In this document: piece after piece, positions 44,732-53,894 of the stretch
Layout of the letters: the number at the start of each line of letters is the position of its first letter
Position numbering within the stretch: the stretch's first letter is position 1
From: an uncultured Pseudomonadota bacterium
Lineage (GTDB): Bacteria; Pseudomonadota; Alphaproteobacteria; Rhizobiales; Beijerinckiaceae
NCBI GenBank assembly: GCA_963782195.1
Contig: CAWAIN010000005.1
Span: 538,858 to 602,857, forward strand
Direction of reading: 5' to 3'
DNA: 64,000 nucleotides
Made by a program: the position numbers and the translations under genes
Notes under the pieces: generated by a model
The model's database searches: none
Told to the model about the DNA's origin: nothing
The model's input: only the letters and a program-made list of their open reading frames with translations

Positions 44732-44935
44732 TGCTCCCTCCCATGCCCGGCTCCATTCGGAGTCCGTTAGCAGCGTCTTCCCCCATGAAGCGCCAGCCTA
44801 TTGGGTTTTCTTGATCGAAACCCTGGAATTCCGGAGAATGGCCTTCGGCACGAATACTAGGCGATAATCTTCCTTGCGGGAAAGGCCAGTGCTTGAGGAC
44901 ATGCCAAAGGGTGCGTGCCGCGCTGGCTGAAGCTT

Positions 44936-44992
44936 TTCAATAGCATTGAAGAGATCGTCGATTCGATTCCGTCTGGGGCCCAATTAAATCAA
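44936..44992 (+). repeat. Degenerate att-like copy of the tRNA-Ala(GGC) 3' half
   Basis: 44936-44976 equals 41096-41136 at 38 of 41 nt (three G>A changes), then CAATTAAATCAA identical to 41143-41154; anticodon, T-loop and acceptor are broken, so it is non-functional. Confidence 0.85.
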
Positions 44993-45086
44993 TCAGATAG
45001 AGCACCGACGCGGAACGCTTTGGCGGCCAGCCCGAGGCCAGCTACGCCCGATAGAGTCGCCGCGGCCTTTTCCGGCGGAGTTGGCG

Positions 45087-46061
45087 ATGAAGCGGTCGCT
45101 TCGCATAGCTCTCTATCTTTGCGCCTGGGCGTTGCTTCGAGACGACGCGGGCGCCTGCAGTTTGGTGAAAGTCACCGAACTGCCTTTGATCGAACTCGGC
45201 AATCATTATGCGGTGATGGCCAATGTCGCTGGCCAGCCGCGGCCAATGATCGTCGACACCGGCGCGGCCACGACATTATTGGGCGCGAAGGCGGTGGACG
45301 ATCTCAATTTGAAGGTTGATCACTCTGCGCCGCTGCCCAAGCCCGTTCTCGGGATCGGTCAGACCTCCGCGTCGGTTATCTACCTCAACGTCATCGCCCC
45401 CATTCTCGGATTCGGTGATCTGGTTTTTCACAATCGCAGCACTGTCGTCGCGAGCCTCGACTTCGGCCCGGTGCCTGAGGCCGACGCAGCCGGCATATTG
45501 GGCGACGACATTTTGTCGGACTATGATGTCGAGTTCGATTTTCTGGACGGCGAGCTGACTCTCTATGATGAGTTCGCTTGTTCGGACGCTTTCTTGCCCT
45601 GGACCGGCGCCTATTTCGCCTTGCCCTTTGAGCATCGCGACACCAAGATCATGGTCGATATTTTTCTTAACGGCGAACGAACGCCGGCGATCGTCGATAC
45701 GGGAAACAACGTTTCGTTTGTTTCGCGCATGGCCCCGGCGCTCTGGGGCTCCCTTGCCCATGAGATGAAAAAGACGCGGATGCACTCGACGAGCCCGTTC
45801 AACGGCGGCACGTCGCTGCCGAACCAGCGATATCAATTCGATGAAATCCGGATCGGCGATGACATCTTCCGAGACGAATATATGAAGGTTATCCAGGTTC
45901 AATTGCCTGGCGCTTCGGCAAACCTCGGATTGGATTTTTGGAAACACCGCAAGCTTTGGATTTCCTATCCCAACGACTTCATTTTCGTGTCCGGCATCAA
46001 AGCGAACCCGGTTCTCGCCTATCCCGTCAAACCAGGTACATCATCTGTCGCCAAAAACTGA
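45087..46061 (+). CDS. Secreted two-domain retropepsin-like aspartyl protease
   Basis: Signal peptide; two catalytic motifs MIVDTGA and AIVDTGN; GILGDDIL and NLGLDFW. Confidence 0.82.
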   Translation: MKRSLRIALYLCAWALLRDDAGACSLVKVTELPLIELGNHYAVMANVAGQPRPMIVDTGAATTLLGAKAVDDLNLKVDHSAPLPKPVLGIGQTSASVIYLNVIAPILGFGDLVFHNRSTVVASLDFGPVPEADAAGILGDDILSDYDVEFDFLDGELTLYDEFACSDAFLPWTGAYFALPFEHRDTKIMVDIFLNGERTPAIVDTGNNVSFVSRMAPALWGSLAHEMKKTRMHSTSPFNGGTSLPNQRYQFDEIRIGDDIFRDEYMKVIQVQLPGASANLGLDFWKHRKLWISYPNDFIFVSGIKANPVLAYPVKPGTSSVAKN

Positions 46062-46078
46062 CGCGACGGGCGACCATT

Positions 46079-47047
46079 TCAATCCTTGCCATCTTGAGGA
46101 GGCGCGCCGGGGCCTCGCCGCTGTAAAAAGTCGATCATTCGCGAGGCAATCTCATCGGTCTTCTCGTCTAGGGCAAAATGCCCGGCGTCGAGCAGGTGGA
46201 TTTCGGCATCGGGAAGATCGTGCTTGTAAGCTTCCGCGCCCGGCGCGATGAACGAGGGATCGTAGCGTCCCCATACAACGAGCGTCGGCGGCCTGTGCGC
46301 GCGAAGCCAAGCCTGCCATTTCGGATATGAAGCGACATTGGTGCGATAGTCGTAAAGCAGATCGCCCTGAATCTCCTTTTCGCCGGGACGCGAGAGGACG
46401 GCATATTCATCCGCCCACGTATCGGGATTATAGCGCTCCGGGTTCGGGCTGCCGGCGATATGGCGGTGCTTGAAGTCCTCGAGTGAAACGAAGGTGTCGA
46501 TAACTTCCGGATGTGCCTTCGGATCAGCCCAATATTTGACGATCTTCGCCCATTTGGGGCCCAGCCCTGCTTCGTAAGCATTTGCATTCTGAATCACCAG
46601 CGCCTGCACGCGCTCCGGGTGCCGCAGCATGATGCGGAAGCCGACCGGACCGCCATAATCCTGAAGATAGAAAATGTATTTGTTGATTCCGAGTTGTTCG
46701 AGCAGATCGTTGGTCGTCTGGGCGAGATGGTCGAACGTGTAGGAATAGCGCGACGGCGGCGGCGCATCGCTCTGCCCGAAACTCGGATAGTCCGGCGCAA
46801 TCAGATGATAGCGTGTCGCCAGCAACGGGATCAGCGAATCGAACATTCGCGACGAAGATGGATAGCCGTGCAGCAGAACAATCGTCGGCGCGTTTTTCGG
46901 CCCCGCTTCGCGATAGAAAATGCCGACGCCGCCGACCTCTACCTTATGATACGTGATCGTCGCCGAGGTCGAGGGCAGGAACGCCGCTTGCGCACCCTGC
47001 CCTATGGCCGACATCGCGATGGCCGAAAGAAGATTAAGAAATCTCAT
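46079..47047 (-). CDS. Alpha/beta hydrolase (epoxide hydrolase/haloalkane dehalogenase-like)
   Basis: LLHGYPSSS, APDYPSFGQS, QDYGG Asp nucleophile, DAGHFAL. Confidence 0.9.
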   Translation of the reverse strand: MRFLNLLSAIAMSAIGQGAQAAFLPSTSATITYHKVEVGGVGIFYREAGPKNAPTIVLLHGYPSSSRMFDSLIPLLATRYHLIAPDYPSFGQSDAPPPSRYSYTFDHLAQTTNDLLEQLGINKYIFYLQDYGGPVGFRIMLRHPERVQALVIQNANAYEAGLGPKWAKIVKYWADPKAHPEVIDTFVSLEDFKHRHIAGSPNPERYNPDTWADEYAVLSRPGEKEIQGDLLYDYRTNVASYPKWQAWLRAHRPPTLVVWGRYDPSFIAPGAEAYKHDLPDAEIHLLDAGHFALDEKTDEIASRMIDFLQRRGPGAPPQDGKD

Positions 47048-47105
47048 GTCCGATATCCTCTGATCAGCGTGGAAACTTCGGAATGTTCTCGCGCATTAGA
47101 GAGCC

Positions 47106-48320
47106 TCATTGCGGCCGGCCCTTGCCGGCGACAGCGGCGACGAGATCGATTGCAAGCGCCGATAGCAGCGCCACAGTTCCAATTATAAAAAGCAGGCGGT
47201 AATCGCTGCTGCGCGCGAAGATAAAAGAGAAGCCATATGCCGCGCCAGCCTGCAGGATGGCAAAACTGACAGTAGCCTTACTCCACGCCGCCTTTTGTTC
47301 TTCCGGATGATGCGCGAGCAATTCATGCACGCGCCCCAGCACCAGAGGAGCGATGCCGGGCGTAAACGCGCCAACGACGAAACTCGAAACGATCAGCGCC
47401 GTAGTGCCAAGGCCAAGTGCGGGCAGCGCCACTGCAAGCGCCTGGAGGAAATAGGCAAGGCGTAGCGCCGGTCCGAATCCAGCGCGATCGGCCAGATGAC
47501 CGCTCAGCAATGGTCCCACCATCGCGCCGAGCCCAAACAGCACCCAATATTCCGCGCCGACCTGAACGCCCTCGCCAAGCCCCCGGGCGACGAAATCAAC
47601 GAGGAAAATCATATGCGGCACAAGCCCGGCCGCGTTGAGCGCATATTCGAGATATAGCGCCCGCAGCTTTATTACCTGCCGCGAGCGCCGATGCGGCGGC
47701 GGTGCGACGACGGGGGGCGCCCCCATCGGCCAGCCGCGCCAGGCCCCAATCGTCAGGACGCACGACAACACACCAAGCCCGAGCCATGCTTGCGCTAGGC
47801 CGAGCCGCAGTAACAGCGGCACAAGCGTCCCCGACGCGGCGATGCCGACACCGACGCCCATGAAGATCAAACCGCCGGCCAGACCACGGCGCGCTGCGGG
47901 CAGATGCGGCAGAACCGCTGGGGCGGCGAGAACCATGAGCGCACCGCCCGACAGCCCGGCGACAAAGCGCCAGGCGAAAAACCAGAGAAACGAGATCGGG
48001 AAGGCACACGCGAAAAAGGCCGCCGTGGCCAGGCCCATCATCAACTGCAATGTCAGCGCGACCGAAATTCGCGCTGCAAGCGATCGGCCAAGCACCGCGC
48101 CCGCGAGATAACCCGCGAGATTGGCCGCGCCGAGATAGGCGGCGACCGATGGTTTGAACCAATGCCCGGCGATGATCGCGGGCAACAACGGCGTATAGGC
48201 AAACCGCGCCAGGCCGATTCCGACGAGGCTGGCGCAAAAGGCCGAAAAGGTCGCGCGCCACGGGTTTACGCGCACCGCGTGCATGCGGTGCGCTTTGTGC
48301 CGATCCACCTGCTGGTCCAT
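47106..48320 (-). CDS. YbfB/YjiJ-family MFS transporter
   Basis: GIGLARFAYTPLLP, LAGYLAG, ~12 TM segments; exact start uncertain. Confidence 0.85.
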   Translation of the reverse strand: MDQQVDRHKAHRMHAVRVNPWRATFSAFCASLVGIGLARFAYTPLLPAIIAGHWFKPSVAAYLGAANLAGYLAGAVLGRSLAARISVALTLQLMMGLATAAFFACAFPISFLWFFAWRFVAGLSGGALMVLAAPAVLPHLPAARRGLAGGLIFMGVGVGIAASGTLVPLLLRLGLAQAWLGLGVLSCVLTIGAWRGWPMGAPPVVAPPPHRRSRQVIKLRALYLEYALNAAGLVPHMIFLVDFVARGLGEGVQVGAEYWVLFGLGAMVGPLLSGHLADRAGFGPALRLAYFLQALAVALPALGLGTTALIVSSFVVGAFTPGIAPLVLGRVHELLAHHPEEQKAAWSKATVSFAILQAGAAYGFSFIFARSSDYRLLFIIGTVALLSALAIDLVAAVAGKGRPQ

Positions 48321-48410
48321 TTCCGCCTTCCGAGACTTAGCGAACTGATTGATGGGCGCAAGCTTAGGTGCGTAGACTTATCTTTTAAAATGAATATTTA
48401 TGATATTTGT

Positions 48411-48427
48411 TATCTCTGAATGAGATA
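48411..48427. promoter_or_regulatory. LysR-type binding site (T-N11-A dyad)
   Basis: TATCTC-TGAAT-GAGATA in the AT-rich divergent MFS/LysR promoter. Confidence 0.55.
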
Positions 48428-48439
48428 TACGGGTGCGCG

Positions 48440-49309
48440 ATGGATGTCTCCGATTTGAGAATATTCGAGGCTGTATCCCGCCTCGGCAGCATGAACCGGG
48501 CAGCCGTCGAACTGCACACGGTCCAATCCAATGTGACGGCGCGGATCCGCGCTCTTGAAGAGAATTTGGGCGTCACGCTGTTCCAGCGCCACGCGCGCGG
48601 CGTCGTCATGACGTCAGCGGCAAAACGTCTGTTGCCGTTTGTCGGGCGGATTACAAAACTCGTCAGCGATGCGCAGGCTGCTGCGAGGGACGAAGGCATG
48701 CCAAACGGCATACTTCTTCTTGGCAGTATCGAAACAACGGCGGCGCTGCGTTTGTCGCCGCTCCTGAGCCAGTTCGCCTCCGCCTATCCCAAAGTTAGGC
48801 TCGCGATCACCACCGGAACGACATCGCGCCTTTTGGACGATGTTATCGAATGCCGGCTTGATGGCGCATTCGTCGCCGGACCTCTAAGCCATCCCGATTT
48901 GCATCACGAAACGGTCTTTCGCGAAGAACTTGTGCTGGTAACGCCACGCAATGTCGCAACATTGCAAGACCTCGCGAATGTTCCAGACCTGCGAACCATC
49001 GTGTTTCAGATCGGCTGTTCCTATCGCCAGCGTCTCGAAAGCGTTTTGGCCGATTTGGGGATCATCGTCGCCAAGCCGATGGAATTCGGTTCGCTCGACA
49101 TCATCATCAGTTGCGTAGCGGCGGGCGCCGGCGTGACGTTGTTGCCGAGAAGTGTGGTCGCTACGGCGCAAAAAGACGGCAAGATTTCCGTGCACGACCT
49201 GCCGGCGAAATACGCGCAGACTGAAACGTTGTTCGTGCATCGCAACGACGCTTATCTTTCAAGCGCAATGAAGGCTTTTCTCGACGCTGCGCGATCTCAA
49301 CAAGCGTGA
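48440..49309 (+). CDS. LysR-family transcriptional regulator
   Basis: LRIFEAVSRLGSMNRAAVELHTVQSNVTARIRALEENLGVTLFQR HTH. Confidence 0.95.
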   Translation: MDVSDLRIFEAVSRLGSMNRAAVELHTVQSNVTARIRALEENLGVTLFQRHARGVVMTSAAKRLLPFVGRITKLVSDAQAAARDEGMPNGILLLGSIETTAALRLSPLLSQFASAYPKVRLAITTGTTSRLLDDVIECRLDGAFVAGPLSHPDLHHETVFREELVLVTPRNVATLQDLANVPDLRTIVFQIGCSYRQRLESVLADLGIIVAKPMEFGSLDIIISCVAAGAGVTLLPRSVVATAQKDGKISVHDLPAKYAQTETLFVHRNDAYLSSAMKAFLDAARSQQA

Positions 49310-49325
49310 ACGCTTAAGGCTTTCC

Positions 49326-49361
49326 CAAAAAACAGAGGGCGCCCAATGGGCGCCCTCTCTT
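49326..49361. terminator. Bidirectional terminator between lysR and csbD
   Basis: AGAGGGCGCCC-AAT-GGGCGCCCTCT perfect 11-bp stem with an A-tract on the left. Confidence 0.8.
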
Positions 49362-49378
49362 ATCGACAAAGCAGTCGA

Positions 49379-49594
49379 TCAGATATTCTTGTTAACGTGT
49401 TCGGCCGATTTGTTCACGGCATGCTTCACCGCGTCCTTGGCGTCTCCGACGGCCTTCTGCGTATGGCCCTTCAGCTCCTGCGCGGCACCTTCGGCACGAA
49501 GATTGTCGGAGCCAACGGCCTTGCCGACGCCTTGCTTGACGGAACCGGCGGCCTCGTTCGCGACACCTTTGATCTTGTCAGTCGTGCTGCTCAT
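49379..49594 (-). CDS. csbD: CsbD-family general stress protein
   Basis: [22 protein letters not shown]...EG..QELKG..QKAVG.AKD. Confidence 0.9.
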   Translation of the reverse strand: MSSTTDKIKGVANEAAGSVKQGVGKAVGSDNLRAEGAAQELKGHTQKAVGDAKDAVKHAVNKSAEHVNKNI

Positions 49595-49685
49595 AATCTT
49601 TCACTCCATGGTAACTTCGGAGCGAGGAACGGCACAGGATAAGAATAGTTCCGCAGGTCTGGATTTCGCGGGGGTTACAAATAAT

Positions 49686-50693
49686 TCAGGCGAGCGAAAG
49701 CGCGGCCTTATCTTTGGCCTTTGCCTCGTCTTCGCGCAGAATGGGCGCGAGGGCGGCGAAGAGCGCATTATCCTCTGGCACGTCGGCGTTCGGCGTCGTC
49801 AAAAGGGTATCGCCATAGAAAATCGAATTGGCGCCGGCAATCATGCAAAGCACTTGTGCTTCGCGGCTGAAGCTCGCGCGGCCAGCCGAAAGCCGCACGA
49901 TGCTGCGCGGCAATACAATTCGCGCCGTCGCAACCATGCGCACGAAAACCAACGGATCGATCTTCTCGCGGCCGGCAAGCGGCGTTCCGCGCACCGCGAC
50001 AAGCGCATTGATCGGCACGCTTTCAGGATGCGGATCGAAACCCGCCAGAACTGCAAGCATGGCGGCGCGGTCACGCACGCTTTCGCCCATGCCGATGATG
50101 CCGCCGCAGCACATTTCAATCCCGGCGGCGCGCACGGCTCTCAAGGTCGCAAGCCGGTCATCATAAGTCCGCGTCGAAATGATCTGCGAATAATAATCCG
50201 GGCCGGTGTCGAGGTTATGGTTATAGGCGGTGAGACCCGCCTCCTTGAGCCGCTGCGCCTGCGATTCAGTCAGCATGCCGAGCGTGACACAGGCCTCCAT
50301 GCCAAGCGCACGAACGCCGCGCACCATGTCGAGCACGGCGTCGAATTCAGCACCATCGCGCACCTGCCGCCAGGCAGCCCCCATGCAGAAGCGGTCGGCA
50401 CCCGCGTTGCGCGCTTTTTTCGCGGCATCGAGCACGTCGCCCACCGGCATCAGCGATGATTTGCCGAGATCGACCTCGTGATGCGCCGATTGCGGGCAAT
50501 AGGCGCAATCTTCCGGGCAGCCCCCCGTCTTGACGCTGAGCAGGCTCGCCTTCTGGACGTAATTCGCCGGCTGATAGGCGCGATGCAGCCGGTTGGCCTC
50601 GCCGATCAATTCGAGGAGGGGACGATCATGCACGGCGACGATTTCGTCAGCCGTCCAATCGTGGCGAATATCCCGAGGCGAAAAGGCGTCCAT
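49686..50693 (-). CDS. bioB: Biotin synthase
   Basis: [49 protein letters not shown]. Confidence 0.97.
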   Translation of the reverse strand: MDAFSPRDIRHDWTADEIVAVHDRPLLELIGEANRLHRAYQPANYVQKASLLSVKTGGCPEDCAYCPQSAHHEVDLGKSSLMPVGDVLDAAKKARNAGADRFCMGAAWRQVRDGAEFDAVLDMVRGVRALGMEACVTLGMLTESQAQRLKEAGLTAYNHNLDTGPDYYSQIISTRTYDDRLATLRAVRAAGIEMCCGGIIGMGESVRDRAAMLAVLAGFDPHPESVPINALVAVRGTPLAGREKIDPLVFVRMVATARIVLPRSIVRLSAGRASFSREAQVLCMIAGANSIFYGDTLLTTPNADVPEDNALFAALAPILREDEAKAKDKAALSLA

Positions 50694-50823
50694 CGCCTGT
50701 GATCTAAAAGGAAATCACCGCCAAGACAAGGACGGGGCGCATAGCCCTCGCCAAGGCATGTTCGGTTGCATAGGTAATAATTGCCTAGACCAGCGCCTCG
50801 AACCCGCCGAAGCCAAAACCCAG

Positions 50824-51495
50824 ATGATCCTTTCCGCCGCCTTTGCCGCCCTCGCCCAAATCTTCACGGCGCCGTTCCGCCGCGTCTTCTGGAAGACCCT
50901 GGGCCTGACCGTGCTGCTGCTTGTGCTGGTCTTTGCCGCCGCCGAGACGGCCTTGGCACATTTCCTCGTGCTGCCCTATCACTGGCTTTCGACAAGTCTG
51001 GCGCTCCTCGCCGCATTGGCGCTGCTTATCGGCTTCGCTTTTGCGATCACGCCAGTTTCATTTCTCGTCGCCGGTTTCTTCTTCGATGAACTTGCGAGCA
51101 TCGTCGAAGCGGAGATCGACCCGCAGCATCCCGGCCGCACCGCGCCGCTCGGCGAGCAAATCCGGGTCGCCTTTGTGTTTGCATCGCTCGCGCTGGCACT
51201 CAACGTCGTGGCGCTGGCGCTCCTGCTGGTGCCCGGCGTCAACGCAATGATCTTTCTCGTCGTCAATGCTTATCTGCTCGGCCGCGGCTATTTCGAGCTC
51301 GCGGCGCTGCGCTATCGGTCCGTCGAGGACATCGGCCGCGTGCGCCGGGCGCATGAATTTCAGATTTTTCTCGCTGGGATGTTTATCGCCGCGCTGGCGG
51401 CAGTACCAATCGCCAATCTGCTGACGCCGCTCTTCGGCGCCGCGCTGATGGTGCGTGTCCACGATAAAATCGCGATGGGACCGGCCAAAGCCTAA
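50824..51495 (+). CDS. CysZ/EI24-family membrane protein
   Basis: PFRRVFWKTLGLT, FFFDELA..VE, NAYLLGRGYFE, PIANLLTPLF. Confidence 0.82.
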   Translation: MILSAAFAALAQIFTAPFRRVFWKTLGLTVLLLVLVFAAAETALAHFLVLPYHWLSTSLALLAALALLIGFAFAITPVSFLVAGFFFDELASIVEAEIDPQHPGRTAPLGEQIRVAFVFASLALALNVVALALLLVPGVNAMIFLVVNAYLLGRGYFELAALRYRSVEDIGRVRRAHEFQIFLAGMFIAALAAVPIANLLTPLFGAALMVRVHDKIAMGPAKA

Positions 51496-51803
51496 GCCGT
51501 CAGCTTCGCCAATTTTGCGGCAAGCGCGGCGGGGTCGCCAGCAATATGGATCGTTTTCACCCGGCTTGTTTGGCCGGATTCGAGGCGCAGGCCGCTTGGC
51601 GCCAACGACAGGGATTTGGCCAAAAGGCGAACCAGCGCCTCATTCGCCGCGCCGGCCTCCGGCACAGCGCGGACGCGCGCTTTCAAAACGGCGCGGCCAT
51701 CCGACAGATGCTCCACCCCGGCGATCTCATCGCGGGACGATTTGGGCGTGAGCCGCACGGTGATGACAACGCCACTTTCCCGCACCACCCACGGCTGCGA
51801 CAC
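51492..51803 (-). CDS. DUF167 (YggU) family protein
   Basis: VRLTPKSSRD, LKARVRAVPE.G.AN.AL, G.TSRVK; GTG start inferred. Confidence 0.85.
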   Translation of the reverse strand: MSQPWVVRESGVVITVRLTPKSSRDEIAGVEHLSDGRAVLKARVRAVPEAGAANEALVRLLAKSLSLAPSGLRLESGQTSRVKTIHIAGDPAALAAKLAKLTA

Positions 51804-51817
51804 AGTCCCAACGCGGG

Positions 51818-52108
51818 CTAGAAGACGTTCGGATAGACGTAGCGCTCGATGATGTCCTGGACGAGAAAGATCAGCAAAAGCAGGATCACAGGTGAAATAT
51901 CGAGGCCACCAAACGCGGGCAGGATGTTGCGGATCGGTTTTAGCAGCGGCTCGGTGACGGCATTGAGCGCGTTCCAGATCGAACGGACGACATTGTTGTG
52001 AACGTTGATCACGTTGAAGGCGATCAGCCAGGACATGATCGCCACGATGATGATGATGTACGTGTAGATTTGCAGAACGAGTAAAAGAATGTCGAGAATT
52101 GCACGCAT
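51818..52108 (-). CDS. yggT: YggT-family membrane protein
   Basis: MSWLIAFNVIN, TEPLLKPIR, GGLDISP. Confidence 0.9.
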   Translation of the reverse strand: MRAILDILLLVLQIYTYIIIIVAIMSWLIAFNVINVHNNVVRSIWNALNAVTEPLLKPIRNILPAFGGLDISPVILLLLIFLVQDIIERYVYPNVF

Positions 52109-52220
52109 GGCCGCTCCAGAACCCGGCAAGGGCCTTTCGTTTAGCGGGGAGAAGGCCGCGCGGCAAGCAGCAGCGCGCATTGACAGTTGCGGCACGGGGG
52201 ACGTAAACAGCCCGCTGGCC

Positions 52221-52296
52221 GGGGCTGTAGCTCAGATGGGAGAGCGCTGCAATCGCACTGCAGAGGTCGTGAGTTCGAATCTCATCAGCTCCACCA
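52221..52296 (+). tRNA. tRNA-Ala(CGC)
   Basis: GGGGCTG acceptor with G3:U70, CTGCA/TGCAG stem with loop ATCGCAC, TTCGAAT T-loop, encoded CCA. Confidence 0.96.
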
Positions 52297-52521
52297 GCCG
52301 CTTCCGTATCACAAATCAAAGCTGGAAATAGCCGGCATTTCTGCCGCTTAGCCGCCGCTTGCCGGACGCGGCATCACTATCCGTTGATCCCCAAAGCCCA
52401 AAAAAGCCGACGGCGAACCTTGCCGGCGCCCCGATCGGCCGCCATCTTCCGGGCGAATCAAAAGGGCGCGAATGCGCCATCGAAGGGAGGACCCAGCAGA
52501 CATCGCAGATGGAGTGAGTCC

Positions 52522-53742
52522 GTGACATTGAACGACGCGCCGCAGGACGCCATTCAGCCCTGGCCGAGCCTCGTCATTTTCGCCTTGGCCATGGGCGGAT
52601 TCGCGATCGGGGTCACGGAATTCGCGACGATGAGTTTGCTGCCCTATTTCGCCAAAGACCTCCACGTCAATGCACCGACCGCAGGGCACGCGATCAGCGC
52701 CTACGCCTTGGGCGTTGTTGTCGGCGCGCCAATCATCGCGGTGCTCGCGGCGCGGATGTCGCGGCGGACTTTGCTGATTATCCTGATGGGGCTGTTTGCG
52801 CTCGGCAATAGCCTTGCGGCGCTGTCGCCGACCTATCATTGGCTCGTGATCTTCCGGTTTCTGAGCGGTCTGCCACATGGCGCCTATTTCGGCATCGCCG
52901 CGATGGTCGCCTCGTCCCTCGTCCCGGCCAATAAACGCACGCAGGCGATCGGCCAGATTTTCCTTGGTCTCACTGGCGCGACCGTGATCGGCGTCCCTGC
53001 CGCCAACTGGCTCGGTCAGCAAGTCGGGTGGCGCTGGAGTTTCGGCGTGGTTGCCCTGCTCGGCCTCACAGCGCTGGCCCTCGTCGCCTTGCTCACACCC
53101 CGTGACGACCCCAACAAAGAGGCGAGCCCCCTGCGCGAGCTTGATGCGCTCAAGCGGCCGCAGGTCTGGCTGACGCTCGCGATCGGCGCCATCGGCTTCG
53201 GCGGCCTGTTCGCCGTTTACACCTACCTCGCCTCAACGCTCGCCGACGTGACGCACGTCTCAAGCCTTTATCTGCCTCTCGTGCTCTGCGCCTTCGGCCT
53301 CGGTCTCACGGCCGGCAATTTGGTCGTCCCGCTTTTCGCCGATCGCGCGCTGATGCCGACGGCCGGCGCGCTGCTCGTCTGGACCGCGGCGACGCTCGCC
53401 CTCTATGCCTATGCCGCCCATAACATCTGGCTGGTGACGTTCGATGTCTTCCTCATCGGCTGCGGCGGCGCGCTTGGCACCGTCTTGCAGGCGCGGCTGA
53501 TGGATGTGTCCGGTGAGGCGCAGGCCCTGCCGGCGGCGCTCAACCATTCTGCCTTCAACACCGCGAATGCGATCGGCCCCTGGCTTGGCGGCGTCGCAAT
53601 CGGCGCGGGTTTCGGCTGGACATCGACCGGCTGGGTCGGCTTCGGGCTGGCGCTCGGCGGCCTTCTCATCTGGCTGCTGTCGATCGTGATCGATGACGGC
53701 ATCGAAGGCGGACGGAAGCTTGTGGAAGACGCCGCGGAGTAG
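52522..53742 (+). CDS. MFS transporter (AraJ/DHA1-like)
   Basis: FAIGVTEFATMSLLP, ISAYALGVVVGAP, GLPHGAYFG, NHSAFNTANAIG; GTG start inferred. Confidence 0.88.
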   Translation: MTLNDAPQDAIQPWPSLVIFALAMGGFAIGVTEFATMSLLPYFAKDLHVNAPTAGHAISAYALGVVVGAPIIAVLAARMSRRTLLIILMGLFALGNSLAALSPTYHWLVIFRFLSGLPHGAYFGIAAMVASSLVPANKRTQAIGQIFLGLTGATVIGVPAANWLGQQVGWRWSFGVVALLGLTALALVALLTPRDDPNKEASPLRELDALKRPQVWLTLAIGAIGFGGLFAVYTYLASTLADVTHVSSLYLPLVLCAFGLGLTAGNLVVPLFADRALMPTAGALLVWTAATLALYAYAAHNIWLVTFDVFLIGCGGALGTVLQARLMDVSGEAQALPAALNHSAFNTANAIGPWLGGVAIGAGFGWTSTGWVGFGLALGGLLIWLLSIVIDDGIEGGRKLVEDAAE

Positions 53743-53761
53743 GCAACGTCTCTATCCCAAG

Positions 53762-53872
53762 CCCTCATGCTGAGGAGCTTGCGAAGCAAGCGTCTCGAAG
53801 CGCGAGGGGCGAGATGTTCTGTACCATCCTTCGAGACGCGATTTCTTACGAAATCGTTCCTCAGGATGAGGG
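53762..53872. repeat. Long palindromic intergenic repeat (family D) between convergent MFS and glcB
   Basis: CCCTCATGCTGAGGA...CGTCTCGAAG...CTTCGAGACG...TCCTCAGGATGAGGG nested stems. Confidence 0.8.
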
Positions 53873-53894
53873 AAGTATAATTTCCAAGTGGACT

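Noticed and set aside
44936-44992. A fourth tRNA gene
   Set aside because: No 5' acceptor or D-arm; anticodon, T-loop and 3' acceptor are mutated.
52221-52296. tRNA-Ala(CGC) as the right boundary of a larger 41-52 kb island
   Set aside because: It is a complete, different isoacceptor; the partial repeat matches the GGC tRNA only, and bioB, yggT and DUF167 in between are core genes.
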